Shown: in pieces, positions 24,050 to 36,800 of the stretch
Numbering within the stretch: position 1 is the first letter of the stretch
Layout: each line of letters starts with the position of its first letter
Assembly: GCA_963575745.1 (NCBI GenBank)
Contig: CAUYUJ010000147.1
Span: 62,001 to 117,623 of the forward strand
Source: Prorocentrum cordatum
Taxonomy: Eukaryota
Direction: 5' to 3'
DNA: 55,623 bases
Notes under the pieces: generated by a model
What the model was told of the DNA's origin: nothing
Databases searched by the model: none
Seen by the model: only the letters and a program-made list of their open reading frames with translations
Translations under genes and position numbers: made by a program

Positions 24050-27000
24050 TATCACCTACTGTACCAATGTTGGGAGGTCGTTGCTAAACACTCGGTCGAT
24101 CTGTCAACATGACCTAAATTGAAATAGAACGTGTCTACAATGTAAAGCACGCTCTGAATGTGTATGTACCCCAGAGACTGCATTTGAGGAAGATGATAAT
24201 GTACGTGTGCAGCCCAACACTGACAAGATAATGTGTACCCGATATATTGTGTGCAATACCACGTACCACGTAAGTGCATATCATATACTGTACCAACAGT
24301 TCCCAGAACTATTGACGTAGTGTTGCGTAGTGCTGCGTAGTGCTGCGTAGTGCCGCGGTAGTTCCGTAGTGCTGCGTAGTGCTGCGTATTGCTGTGTAGT
24401 GTTGCGTAGTGCTGCGTAGTGCTGCGTAGTGCTGCTTCTGGCGCTGGTGTTGCTGGTGATGGTGCGTTGGTGCTACTGGCGCTGGTGCTGCTGGTCGCTG
24501 GTGGAGTCTGCACAAACTGGTGGGTTTGTGTACTTTGTTATGGTGGGCGGTCTGCGCAAGCTGATGGAAACAGAGTCTGCACAAACTGGTGGAAAACCGT
24601 TGTTAGGGGGGGAGAGGGAGGGTGGTTCGGGGCATAAAGGTGAGGCGTGCCAGAGGTTGGTGTCTGTGGAGAGCCCGGCGGCGATCCGGCGGCGTGCGCA
24701 AGTGACGCTGTGGCGGCCCGCCGCGTGGGGGACAAAAAACCATGTGCCACAGTGCGGACATGAGTGCGTATTGCTCTTGACTTCTTTGTTTAGCAATCTG
24801 ACTCGGTCGATCCACTGGTCGTATGGCATCTGCTCGCAGGCCCGGCAGTGTTTAGTGCATTTGGAAGTGCCAGAACTGCCCGGGAAGGTTCTGTGGCAGA
24901 AATGGCATTCGTGAGCATTCCTGTCGGGCGGCAGGTCGTGGAGCGGCAGGTCAACTATGGTCATCTGGCGGGTTTGTTCCCGGAAGGGCTTGGTCGCGCG
25001 GTATGCCCGTGCAGCTTGGTGCCATAGTGCTGGCCAGGCGTCGGAAGGTGTCTCGGCTGCAGGGGGAGGAGGAGGAGGAGGGGCGGCTTCGGCCGCAGAC
25101 GCAGGGCGTCGTAGTGGTCCTGCTGCTGCCGGGCGACGGAGAATCCCTGCCCTGGACTGGAAGCAGGCGCCGGGCGATCGGCAGGTGCTGCTGCAGCCTC
25201 CGGGGCAGGCTGAGGATCGGGAGCTGGGGCGCCCGGGGCCGCTGCGGGGCGGCGCAGGGCTTGGGGGGCGGAAAGATACGGATACGTGTTGTCCCCGGAC
25301 CTCTCTTGGGGTGCGTTCTGACTAGAATTTCGAGGCGAATCCAGCGGTGACAACGAGGATTCCCCAACTGGACCAGGAAAGGCCGAAAACGAAGGGGGAC
25401 AACACGCATTCGTATCTTTTTCTCCCCCGAAGGGCAGAGGCAACTGCGGGGCGGTGCATCGTGCCGGCCATGGTGGGAGCCAGCGGCGCCGAAGCGGAGG
25501 CAACGGGGGCTGTGTCATCTCCGGTAGGTGGCGGAGGAGGCGGCGCGCCGGGCGCGGCAGCGGGTCGGCGGAGCAGGGCTCGGCGTGTTCGAAGCTCGCG
25601 TTCTCCAGCGGGAAGAGCGGCACACGTCCCAGCATGTTTTTTCAAAGAGCTGAGCGTCCCTGTGTAGACTTGGCAGTGTGGGCACATGTGCCGGCCTTGG
25701 TCGGTCGGGGTGGCCCCGTCGGCTGCGGCAACTCGGGCCTGCGCGGCGGCAGCCCGCCGTTCCGCCAAGCCGCCAGGGGAGTGTTTCTGTTGCCAGGTCT
25801 GCGCATGCTCATTTTGTCGTTGGGTCTTCAGCCATGTCTTGATCAGGTTCCGCCAGCGTGCGCCTGAAGCTTCCCGAGCCACGTCCGTCCAACGGGTGGG
25901 CCAGTCTTTGGGAGGAATGTCCGTCAGAGTGAGGAGTTCGGTAATGAGCCGCCACCAGTATTGCCGTGTCGTACATCTTCCTCGGGCGCCATGGACCGTG
26001 GCTTCAGGGCGGAGCCAGGGCCAGAGCATTTGACGCTCGACTCGGTCGGCGGGTAATCGAGCCAGGTGGCCAATGTACTGCATTGCACGGAATTCAATTT
26101 CCCTGCGAACCGGGCGGAATCCGCAGCGGTGTCTCACATCCGCCATGGCCTGCTGATCGTCGTGCATTGTGAGTCGTCGTTGTCGGCAAAGACCCATGCA
26201 GACCCGGGTCAAGAATACCTGATACTGCTTGTATTCGTTGCTCGTGAAAGACCGACGCTCGCAAGCGTAGAGTAGACAACTCTGGATGACTGCTCGGGCA
26301 ACCTGTCCAGTGCGCTTGGGGGACAGGCCGAGTCGCGGGAGCTGGCGGGCGAGTTTGCTCCAGAGCTTGGCAGCGGCGGCGAGACGGCGCTGCGTGTCGA
26401 TCTCCTGTCCTCCATCCCATTGAAGCCATCCACCAAAAAACCGAACACTGTCGGTGAATAGCTGTGCAGGATCGTCGTCTGGAGTACCGGGGCGTGGTGG
26501 TAGGGGTCGAACCCCAGGCTTCAGTCGACACGTTTTCCCCGGGTGCAGTTCCTCCCTCCAAGTACGTAGGGAATGCGCCATATTAGATTCCACCGTGGGG
26601 CGTTGAGATTCTCGGCATATTCCCGTGGTGTCGTCCGCAAGCAGGAGGCAGAGGAGCCGAATCAGTTGTACCTGGCGGCCCATCTTCCGTTCCGTACGCC
26701 TCGATGGCTCTCCATGTATGCGATTGTTGAAGGAACGGCCTTCCCAGTTCGACGCCGTGGTGGCCTCGGGCCTGCTCCCCCAAGAGGAACTCGCGGATGG
26801 CGAAATTGTGGTAGAGGTTGAAACATGCCAGTGAGGACCCGCAGCCTTCTCTGAAGCCGATGGCTAACGTAAAAAGATCCGATAGCCCTTCACGAATACG
26901 GATTTGGTAACTCGTATAGTCGTGTAGACCAGAAAGTACCCGGAGCAGGCGAGGGGGAACGCCGAGTTTGTGGAAAAGGCGCCACGCTAAGTGGCGTTGC

Positions 27001-28200
27001 GCCCTTGGGTATGCCTTCGCAACGTCCCAGAATACCAGTACTAGGTGGTCCCACTCGGGCTGGGATGCTGTGTCAATTTCCGTACACATCTCGACCAGGA
27101 CCGTAACGACGAAGAGCGGATCCACACAGCGACGTCCCGGGCGGAACCCCCATTGAAAATCGTGTAATACGTGCTGACGCACGGACCATTGAGAAAGGCG
27201 TGACCCAACTATTCTGGATAGTAGGCGCGACAGAATGCTGAGCAGAACGATTATCCTGTAATTGGTCAATTCTTTGCGATTGCCCTTGTGTTTGTACAGA
27301 AAGATACCGATACCTCTTTTCACAAGGTCGTGCCAGTGGTTTGGGTGGCAGTCCCACATCTGCCAAATCAAGTGCATGACGCAGAAGATCGTGCGCGGGC
27401 CTGCCGCGCGTAGCATCCCGGCTGTGACCTCGTCCGCGCCTGCCGAGTTGTCCCGGAGGTGGTAGATAGCAGAGGTCACTTCGTCGGCCGTGGGGAGGGC
27501 GCCAAGCGTGTCATCAACCTGTCGTACGGGCACAGAGTCCAGGACAGCTCCGGGGATCTTGATTTTGGTGCCGCTCACGTTGATCGCGTGCTCGCGCAAG
27601 TCCTTCAGTCGAAACCGTCCCCGTCCACTGCTGTCCTCCCCGTGCATCACAATGCCCAGCCATGGTAATAGAGCGTAGAAGGCACCCATGTCCCGATTGT
27701 GCATCGCCTCTTCCACCTGCGTGATCGTGTGCTTGACGTGTCGCCAGCGGGCCCTCGTGCGGACACGGTTCAGGGTCTTCAGCGCCGTCCTGTGGGCCAG
27801 CCGAGCCCGGCCATCCGCCGGCGTGCCGGCCGTTCGGCGGACCTCTTCCCAGGCAGTCTGCAGGCTGGAGCGGAGGACGTCGATGTGGATCATGTCGTCG
27901 TCGGTGTGCGGCATGGTGATCTGGCGCGGGCGTTTGCGGCCAACAATGCGTTCCAGTTCCTCCACCAGAATGCTGGAGAGCTCACCCCAGTCGTACGGAA
28001 TGTCTTGTGGATCGGGAAAATCCCCCTGCATAAACCAAGGATCCCCTTCTCCATCTTCCCGGGGAGGGCGTGGTCCAGGACCGCCGGATTTGCTGGTGCG
28101 GCGTCGTCGGGGTGCGGTCTCCGTGGTGGGAGTGGGGCGGACGCTGTCCAGGGCGTCGCGGTGCGGGTCGAGGGCGCGCCAGAGACGAAGGTGGCCTGCT
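24050..28200 (-). mobile_element. 5'-truncated RTE-like LINE: ORF2 reverse transcriptase with several C-terminal zinc fingers, plus 3' UTR
   Basis: RT motifs SAGADEV, NYRIIVLLS, FQWGFRPGR, FWDVAKAY, GFREGC, LLADD (after a frameshift at ~26680) and VRFFGGWL. Fingers CPHC..KKHAGTC, CHFC..KHCRAC and CPHC..RHSVTC. Confidence 0.92.
25261..25430. mobile_element. 170-bp MITE with 36-bp TIRs and 5-bp target duplication (AGGGC), inserted in LINE ORF2
   Basis: Left ttggggggcggaaagatacggatacgtgttgtcccc versus reverse complement of right tcgggggagaaaaagatacgaatgcgtgttgtcccc. agggc at 25256-25260 and 25431-25435. Removing it restores ...VASA-LRRPAAAPGAP. Confidence 0.88.
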
Positions 28201-28212
28201 GCGCCCTTGTTC

Positions 28213-29716
28213 CGCATGCGAACTGCGCCACTGGGGCCTTCGGTGGAGCTCCCTATGGGGCCACGAGCGCTGCCCTGGGCGGGGGGGCCGCGTGCGAACT
28301 GCGCCACTGGGACCTTCGGTGGAGCTCCCTATGGGGCCACGAAACGCTGTCCTGGGTGGGACAACCGTATGCGACCTGCGCCACTGGGGCCTTCGGTGGA
28401 GCCCCCTATGGGGCCACGAAGCGCTGCCCTGGGTGGGGGAACCGCAAGCGACCATCCCCACTGGGGCCTTTCGGTGGAGCTCCCTATAGGGCCACGAAGC
28501 GCTTTCCTGGCTGGGGGACCCGCATGCGAACACCCCCGCTGGGGCCTTCGGTGGAGCTCCCCATGGGGCCACGAAACGCTGCCCTGGGTGGGGGACCCGC
28601 ATGCGAACGCCGCCAGTGGGGCCTTCGGTGGAGCTCCCTGCGACCTGCGCCACTGGGGCCTTCGGTGGAGCCCCCTATGGGGCCACGAAGCGCTGCCCTG
28701 GGTGGGGGAACCGCAAGCGACCATCCCCACTTAGCGCTGCCCTGGATGGGGGAACCGCATGCGAGAGCAGCCACTGGGGCCTTCGGTGGAGCTCCGTATG
28801 GGGCCGCGAAGCGCTGCCCTGGGTGGGGGAGCCGCTTTCGGTGGAGCTCCCCATGAGGCCACCCAGCGCTGTCCTGGGTGGGGGAACCAACCGCATGCGA
28901 ACACCCCCAGTGGGGCCTTCGGTGGAGCTCCCTATGGGGCCACGAAGCGATGCCCTGGGTGGGGTAACCGCATGCGACCCCCCCCCCGCTGGGGCCATCG
29001 GTGGAGCTCCCTATGGATCCACGAAGCGCTGCCCTGGGTGGGGGAACCGCATGCGAACGCGCCCACTGGGGCCTTCGGTGGAGCTCCCTATAGGGCCACG
29101 AAACGCTGCCCTGGGCGGGGGAACCGCATGCGATCTCTCCCCCCCCCCCGCTGGTGCCATCAGCGGAGCTCACATTAGTATGGGGCCACGAAACGCCGCC
29201 CTGGGTGGGGGACCCGCATGCGAACGCCGCCAGTGGGGCCTTCGGTGGAGCCCCCCATGGGGCCACGAAGCGCTGCCCTGGGTGGGGGAACTGCATGCGA
29301 ACACCCCCGCAGGGGCCTTCGGTGGAGCTCCCCATGGGGCCACGAAGCGCTGCCCTGGGTGGGGGAACCGCATGCGACCCCCCCCCCCCTGCTGGGGCCA
29401 TCGGCGGAGCTCCCTATGGGGCCACGAAGCGTTTCCCTGGGTGGGGGGCCCGCATGCGACCACCCCCACTGGGGCCATCGGCGGAGCTCCCTATGCCATG
29501 GATGGGGGAACCGCATGCGAACGCCCCCACTGGGGCCTTCGGTGGAGTTCCCAATGGGGCTACGAAGCGTGTGAGAGGCGCGCTGGGAGCAGAGGCAAGG
29601 AGGGGGGGAGGGAAGAGGCGGGAAGAGGGTGGGGAGGGGGAGGAGGAGGAAGGAAGGTGGGGCGCGGGGCGCTGTCTCTTCAAAACGAGGACCCAACGCC
29701 ACTGGACGGTTGGGAA
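28213..29716 (+). repeat. 77-bp hairpin satellite array with terminal module
   Basis: Unit actggggccttcggtggagctccctatggggccacgaagcgctgccctgggtgggggaaccgcatgcgaactgcgcc. Ends in cgtgtgagagg, a purine tract, then ctcttcaaaacgaggacccaac..gttgggaa. Confidence 0.95.
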
Positions 29717-29915
29717 CAAGAGGATGGCGGAACAAACCACACCGCTGGGGACTGCCCCGCGACTGCCTTGGCGCTCCGCGCGCAAGGGCGGCATCCCGCG
29801 CACCCCCTCGTGGCGCCAGGCCAACATGAGGCCGACATGAAGTCATCCAGCTTGAGAAATTATCCTGGCGAAGGGCCCGACCATACGCAATTGTTCGTAA
29901 CGCGTTGTGGGTGCC

Positions 29916-30472
29916 GCTTTCGGCGGGGCTCCCTATGGGGCCACGAAGCGCTGCCTTGGTGGGGGAACCGCAAGCGAACTGCGCCACTGGGGCGGGCCTT
30001 CGGTGGAGCTCTCTGTGGGGCCACGAAACGCTGCCCTGGGCGGGGGGGCCGCATGCGAACTGCGCCACTGGGGCCTTCGGTGGAGCTCCCTAGGGGGCCA
30101 CGAAGCCCTGGCCTGGGCTGGGGGCCCCCATGCAAACTGCGCCACGGGGGCCTTCGGTGGAGCTTCCTATGGGGCCACGAAGCGCTGCCCTGGGTGGGGG
30201 AACCGCATGCGAACTGCGCCACTGGGACCTTCGGTGGTGATTTCTATGGGGCAACGAAACGCTGCTCTGGGTGGGGGAACCGTGAGCGAACTGCGCCACT
30301 GGGGCCTTCGGTGTAACTCCCTATGGGGCCACGAAGCGCTGCCCTGGGTGGGGGAACCGCAAGCGAACTGCGCCACTGGGGCCTTCGGTGGAGCTCTCTA
30401 TGGGGCCACGAAGCGCTGCCCTCTGCGGGGGGACCGCATGCGAACTGCGCCGCAGGGGGCCTTCGGTGGAGC
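29916..30472 (+). repeat. 77-bp satellite array (~7 units)
   Basis: The 77-bp period is visible in the ORF track (ORF ends at 30090, 30167, 30244, 30321, 30398). Confidence 0.95.
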
Positions 30473-30899
30473 TGCCCGCCCCCCCCCCAGCCCTTCGCCC
30501 TCTCCACAAGGAAGGCGGGGAGGGGCCGCCTCAAACGGCGGGGTGGTGTCCGGCTGTCGCCCAACCTCAGCGCGATGCGCGGCCGCGGACAGCACTCGTG
30601 TGCGAGCGATGCCACGCGCCAACCTCGAGGCGCCAGCATGCGAAGGGGGGGCCCCTTCTTGATGCGCCTAAGTTTCCCCGTCCATTGCGAATGGTAGGAA
30701 GGCGCTCTCCAAAAAGTTGGCGGCCGTCAGTGGTGGCCGCGCGACCTCGTCTTACGCAGAAATGCAAATCGCGCGAGTCCCAGCGGGCCAGGGCGCGGGG
30801 CCCGCGAAGGAAAGCCCCGCGAACCTCCACGCGGCCCCGAACCTGAAGGGCAGCGTTTCTGGGAAAAGCAGCCAGGACGTTCAAGCGCGCAACTGGCCT

Positions 30900-33800
30900 T
30901 GCAGGCGCATAAACAGGCCATCCCTGGACGAGAGAGCCGCACATGCAGCGGTGAAGTGCGCTGCCCATCGCCTCGAAGCGACGCGCAGAATTCCAAGCGG
31001 CGACCTCTAATTTGGAGCCCCTCCTGGGCACCTCGCGGCCGGCGCTGGCTTTGTCCGCGGGGCCCTCGCGCGGGTCGACAGCAGCCGCGTCGGCAGAGGC
31101 CCTTCGGGCCCTGCGCCGCATAAAAGCAACGGTGGCATCTCAGAGATCAGTCTTGGGTTCCGTGCTGACCAGACTGAGGGGCCAGGGCCTGCGGGCTGCC
31201 TCCACAGCCGCGTCATCAGCAACCCAGCTGCCGACAACTTTTCATGGCCACGTAATCCGGGACTATCTTCAGTGACGAGGGGGCCCATGCAGCGCGCGCG
31301 GAACCATCTCTGCCATCGACAGCGGTTTTAATTCTAAACCACATGTCCAAAATAGCGCCAACAATATTCCGAGCCCCCCCCCCCCCCCCCCCCCCCCCGA
31401 TTCCAACGCGACAAATGGAAATGGTCCGCGACGTATGCGATGCGTCTTGTGGTCTGCTCCAAGGCCAAGGCGAAAGCCTGCCATTCTCATCGAGGCACTG
31501 TTTGCCTTCGACAACGCAGGACATCCGGGAGACCGCCGAAGACTTCCCCGGGCCCTCAACCGTTTGCAATGGCCCACCGAATGAACCACAGCAGCTGCTG
31601 AGCCGCACCGCCCCCTCCCAGGGTCGGATGAAAACTTACCTCCAGAGCCATCGCCAAAGACGAGCGCCGCTTCAGGATCTCTGGATGCCGAGCAGTTTCG
31701 GAGGCTCTGGGAACCGAGGAAAGGGCCGAAAAGCTCAGGATCAGGGCCACAAAACAACTGGATGTGCGAGCTCCACAGGAGGGCCCCTGGGAGCCACGGG
31801 GCTGGGCTGGCCTCAAAACCCGCGAGGGCATGGGGCACCAAATAATGACTACTGCTATCATCAGAGTGACCTACGTTGCGCTTGCAGAGCCAAATCCTGC
31901 GCAGCAAACTGTCACCCTCCTTGAGACAACGTGGGCGCGACTTTTTCTCTGGGGGGCCCAGCGGGCGCTGGCGCCCCTCGCCCACTGCGCGCCAGTGGTG
32001 ACGCGCGCATTCAGGCCGAACTGGTCGAGCGCCGGACTTCGCGAGGCGGCGCAGTTCTCGCCTGGCCCAACAGATCTGCACCTCGAAGAAGATCCCCCCC
32101 CCCCCCCCCCCCCCAGCTTCGCGAGCGGAGGCGCGCGCCCGCATCTGCCTCCGAGTATCCTCGACGAGCTCGTCCAAGACCTCCGAGACATCGAAACCTT
32201 CAGCTTCGAAGTTGGGCAATCTCGAGGTAGGGGAATGCCAATTGTCCCAGGCACCATGTGGAGGCTGCAGCCAATGCGTGGCCGAGCGCGGCAGCCGTCG
32301 ATCATCAAGGACAGCGGCAACCAACCCCGACAGAAGGCTTTTGACCACGGACCACCCGCGACTGCCCGCATCCACACATCTGCCGAGAACAGCAGGCCCC
32401 GCTCGTTCAACGCGATCATGGATGCTGGCGTCACATTTCCCAGACAGAATACTCTGCGCCAATGATCGACGAAACTCCAGGGCAGGGCCCTCGAGCCCAT
32501 GGGTCATGGCCAAAGATGTGGCGAGGCACCCGCCTCTGATAGGGTCCGTGCTTGGAATCCAACGTTGGTCGGACACGATAGAGAGGGATCATGAGGCAAA
32601 CGTTGGAACGCATATCCAGCCCATATGTGCATGCGCGGCCCGGCGACAGAGGGCGGCATCAACGCGACGCAGAAGGGCGTCGTGGACTCGAGCGTCGGGC
32701 CTAGGCGCGCGACGCGCACGCCGACCCTGACAGCCTTGCCCTGCAGTCGTTGCTCCTGTTTCGCGGCGTTGCACAGGCGCGCAACATGCCGCCCAAATGA
32801 GAGCTAGCTCGCGCCCGCCCCGCCCTCGTGCACCACCCCCCCCCTCCTCCCCGCGCCCCCTCCCCTTCGACTTATCCTCGTCGTGCCCGTCCGATTCCCC
32901 CCTTCTTCGTGCCCCTCCCCCTCCTCCTCGTGCCCCTGTCCCCTTCCGCCACCGCGCGGCGTTCCCCCGTCGCCCTCTTCCGCCCGACGCGCTGCCCCCC
33001 CCGCCTGCGCCCTCGCCGCCCCCCCCCCCCGCGCGGCCATGCACAATTCATTCCGCCTCCTTCTGTCCCCCCGCTTTCCTCGCCCTCGCGACGCTGGCGC
33101 CGATGCCGCAATTCCCCCCGGCCCCCCCCCCCCCCCTGTTTCATCCCCCGGCCCCGTCGCCGCCCCTTCTCGCGCGCCCTTCCCCCTCCCATCGCGCGTC
33201 GCCCCCAGGCGCCCGCGCCCGCGTCCTCCCGAACCGCGGCCCCCTCCGTGACCGGCAGGGAGATCGGCGGGAACTCCCGCCCAGGCGCCGCTCCAGCTGG
33301 CAGCGCGCAGCGCGCGCGCAGTTGGGCGCGCGAGCTGCGCGTTTCGCCCGCGCACAACGCCCCCCCAGGACGGGCCGGGAGGATAGCGAAACGCCCCGCC
33401 CAGTCACCGCCGCCTGCGAGGAGCGCGCTTCAAATTCACATGGGAGAAAGATCTGCGCGCGCAGGTCACGCCGCGACCTGCGTGGACGGCGGGCCCGCGC
33501 GAGCGATGACGCAAGTGGGCGCAAGAACGGCGCGCGCAGATCGCACCTTGATCTGTGCATTTGGGAACGGCAAGCGCTCGCCACCTTGAAGGCGCCCCCG
33601 CTCTGCCAAGCCAGAACCGAAGTCGACGTCCCCAGCTAGGGGGAGTGCGAGTGCACGCATCCCTCGCCCAGGGCGGCCCCCAGGGACTGCGAGCGCACGC
33701 GTCCCGGGCCCGGGGCGGCCGCCGCGGGGCGCGGCGCCGCGGCTGCCCCCAGCGGCCCCAAGACGCCCCAAGAGGGCCCCGAGGGGCCCCCCAAGGAGGC

Positions 33801-36800
33801 CCGACGCCAATTCGACAACACGACAGATGTCACGTGTCTTGGACGTCTGAACGAGCGTAGCTCGAAGCGTCGCCGTTCGGACCGCTGCGCAGGCGCGGTG
33901 GCAGACTTTGCCGCGGGCGCCATAGAAATTATGCGTCGCCGCTGCGACTGCGTCTGGCGGCCGGCGCCCCTTCTTGGAGCGCGCCCCGAGCGTTTGTTTG
34001 CCTCGCGGGCGCGCTGCCCCACCGCGCATTTTTCTCGGGGCAAGCAGGGGGGGCGAGGCGGGGCCGCGGATGGCGGGGCAGGGGGGCATGGAGGATGAAC
34101 GAGGAATGAGGGGGGGAAGAGGGCGCTCCTCCGCCAGAGCCGCGGCCGCCTTCGACCCTATCTACGGAGCAGAGAAAAGAAACGGAGGCAAGGGGGGCGC
34201 CGACGACGGGGGGCGAAATGTCAGCGGTCCGCAGATATACGACATGATTGCGATTCGGGTGGGCACGAGTTCTTCGAGGCATGCCAATCCCGACCCTTGC
34301 TGAATTCACGAACTCCTCCAAACTGCGTCGACGCCGCGCCCCCTGCACCCCCTCCTATGCAACGGCCTCGCGACAGGGGGGCAGTGGATTCGAAACCCGC
34401 GCTCGAATTGGCCGCCTGAGGCGATGAACCCTGTGCCTGGAACCCATGGGAACTCTGAGGTGCAGCGCCTATGGTCCACAGGCCTTGAGCCGCTCGACGG
34501 AAAGCAGCGCGGCGCCTCAGCCTGGTGATTTCTCCAGCCTTCTTAGCTCCAGCAGCCAATCTCTGAATGGATTTCTTTGCAATTCCCCGACGGCCAGCTG
34601 TTGCGCCGACGCCAAGATCCACGCCATTTAATAATAACTTCGCAGGGATGTCATGGCGTCGTAGAGATTGCGCTACTTCACGGCCATCTTGGGCGCTCGA
34701 GGCAGCGATGGCCGACGCGTCAGAGATGATTAGACGACGCGAACGAGCTTCCTCGCACGGCACCTGCGTGGATGAGAGAAGCTGCCCCTTGACCACCTGC
34801 CTCGGGCCGCCCTAATTCCTAGCAGCTGTGCCATCGATGAAAACCAAAATGGTGGCGGAAGCAGCCCTGTGGTGGGCTGTCTGACGCAGCTGATGCACTG
34901 GCGTCTTGGCGATCCTTACACCATGAGGAGAGCCAGCCACTCAGGGCCTTGCGGAATGGATGGGTTCAGTAGGTGCAGTGGCGCCGCTCAAAATTGGACC
35001 TCCAGCAGCGCCACAGCGGGAGGGAACTCAAGAGGAAGAGCCGCTTCCGAAAGCAACACCCAGGACAACGAGTCGTATAACTTCTCGAAGCACAGCGGCA
35101 GCGTGGCGGTAGAGATACAAGGGGACGCCGCTGTCTCGTCAATCAGCGCGCGTAAAAGCGCAGCTCGCAAAGCGCTGCTACCTGCCAGTGGCGCCCCAGA
35201 GCTGACGGGCCCTCAGACCATGGGGATCTGACTCCATATAGACTGCGACTGCGTACCTTCGCAGTCTCAGGCAGGCAGCAATCCCACGACTCGCTCACCG
35301 CCCGTGGGCTTGAGTAGAAGTGCCCCATTCGTGCCCATCAGCCGCGAGGGCCATCTACATGCAGCTTCGATGTCCTCCAACAGCTGCGCCTGAACTCCAT
35401 GCGTCCTTCGGGGGGAAGTCGAGCACCCAGAGGTGCAAGAACGCCCGCCCCCGGTGCCTTGCCAGGTAACTTCCCGACGACCTCATCAATTCTATCCAGA
35501 TCAGAAAGTGGGAGCGGTTCTTCGGAAGCCAGCCGTAGAAGGCGGGCCATGGTCTGGAGGATGTCGTCGAACGTGTCAACCGGATCCGTCCACAACTTCT
35601 CCCAGCTGCTGCGCTTGAGCTCGATTTGGCTGGCAGGGTCAGCCGGCGCCCTCCCAGGAAGGGTGGGTGCGCGACTGAGCCAGGCACCTTGACCATGGCG
35701 CAGGTTGTCTGGCTTACTCTCCCACTGCACCTTGGCCCAGGAGACGAACTCACAGCGACGCTTGCACATTGCTCTGCCTTGGGCTCTTCCTGCCAGGCAC
35801 TCAGCGAGCGAAACCAGATCTTCTAATTTGGCCTCCGAGGAGCTGCTGAGTAAGCTGGCCCATCGTAGCCAGCGGGCGCGGTCCTGGGCCCCTTGCTTGC
35901 CGAAGTACTCACCAGCGTCGAGGTGCTCCGCCCACAGACGCCGCGTCTGGAAGTGACCTAGACATGCCGCCTGCTGACTCGGATCTTTACCGCGTCGACG
36001 AAGGGCTTCGTATCTTTCCAAACTGGTACGGGCTAAGCCCCATTCTGCAAAACCATCGACAATGAGGGTTCGTCCAGGCGCTGCCTTCGGCCCCTGCCAC
36101 TGAAACCCACAGGCTCTGCTGAGCTCCGCTGTCACTTGAGGGGGCCCATGGTGACTGGTGATGTCGTCTGTCTTGAAGACCCAGCCGGTGTAGGCGGCCG
36201 CGACCTTGTCCAGGCCACCTGAATTGACCTGCCCCAAGAAATGGCGAAACCGAAGGTGCGCACCTTCAGCGCGTCCAGGGCATTCCCTGGCCGCAGTTGG
36301 TCATGACCCTGCAGGAATATGAAACGTTGCGGCATCTTCTGCTGCATCAGTGGGCTGTTTCTCGTCATGGAGAGTGTCGAACTCCAGCTTTGGGACCTCA
36401 TCGGGCAATGCGGCCATGCGCTTGGCCAGGTTCTCGGCTCGCTGCTTGGGCCGCTTGCTGCTGAGGTTGATTGTCTCCTTAGGCCGTAACACGCGAGGAA
36501 GTGGCTGTGCCAGTTGAAGGCGTTGATGCCGATGCCCCTTGAAGGCCCATCGGGCGTCGAGCTGGAGCCCGCACTGGGTCTTCCAGCGGGCTTCAAAGCA
36601 CCCCCGCAGCTCGAACTTGTCCTTGGTGCCAGCCTTGGCCTGCGCATAATCGATCAAAGAACCCCCTGGTGGGCTTGCCGCGCGTCGTTTTGCAATTGGG
36701 CGGCAACAGGACCTCACCACCAAGGCGATCAGGTCATCCAGACTTGAGCAGATCCTGCTGAACGAAATTCCAATCGGGGTCAACCAGACTGCCCACGAAA

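Noticed and set aside
28213..30472. CRISPR-like array (palindromic repeat plus linkers)
   Set aside because: The linkers are variants of one sequence rather than unique spacers, there are no cas genes, and the context is eukaryotic.
28213..30472. Tandem hammerhead ribozyme (retrozyme-like) units
   Set aside because: No CUGANGA core on either strand of the unit.
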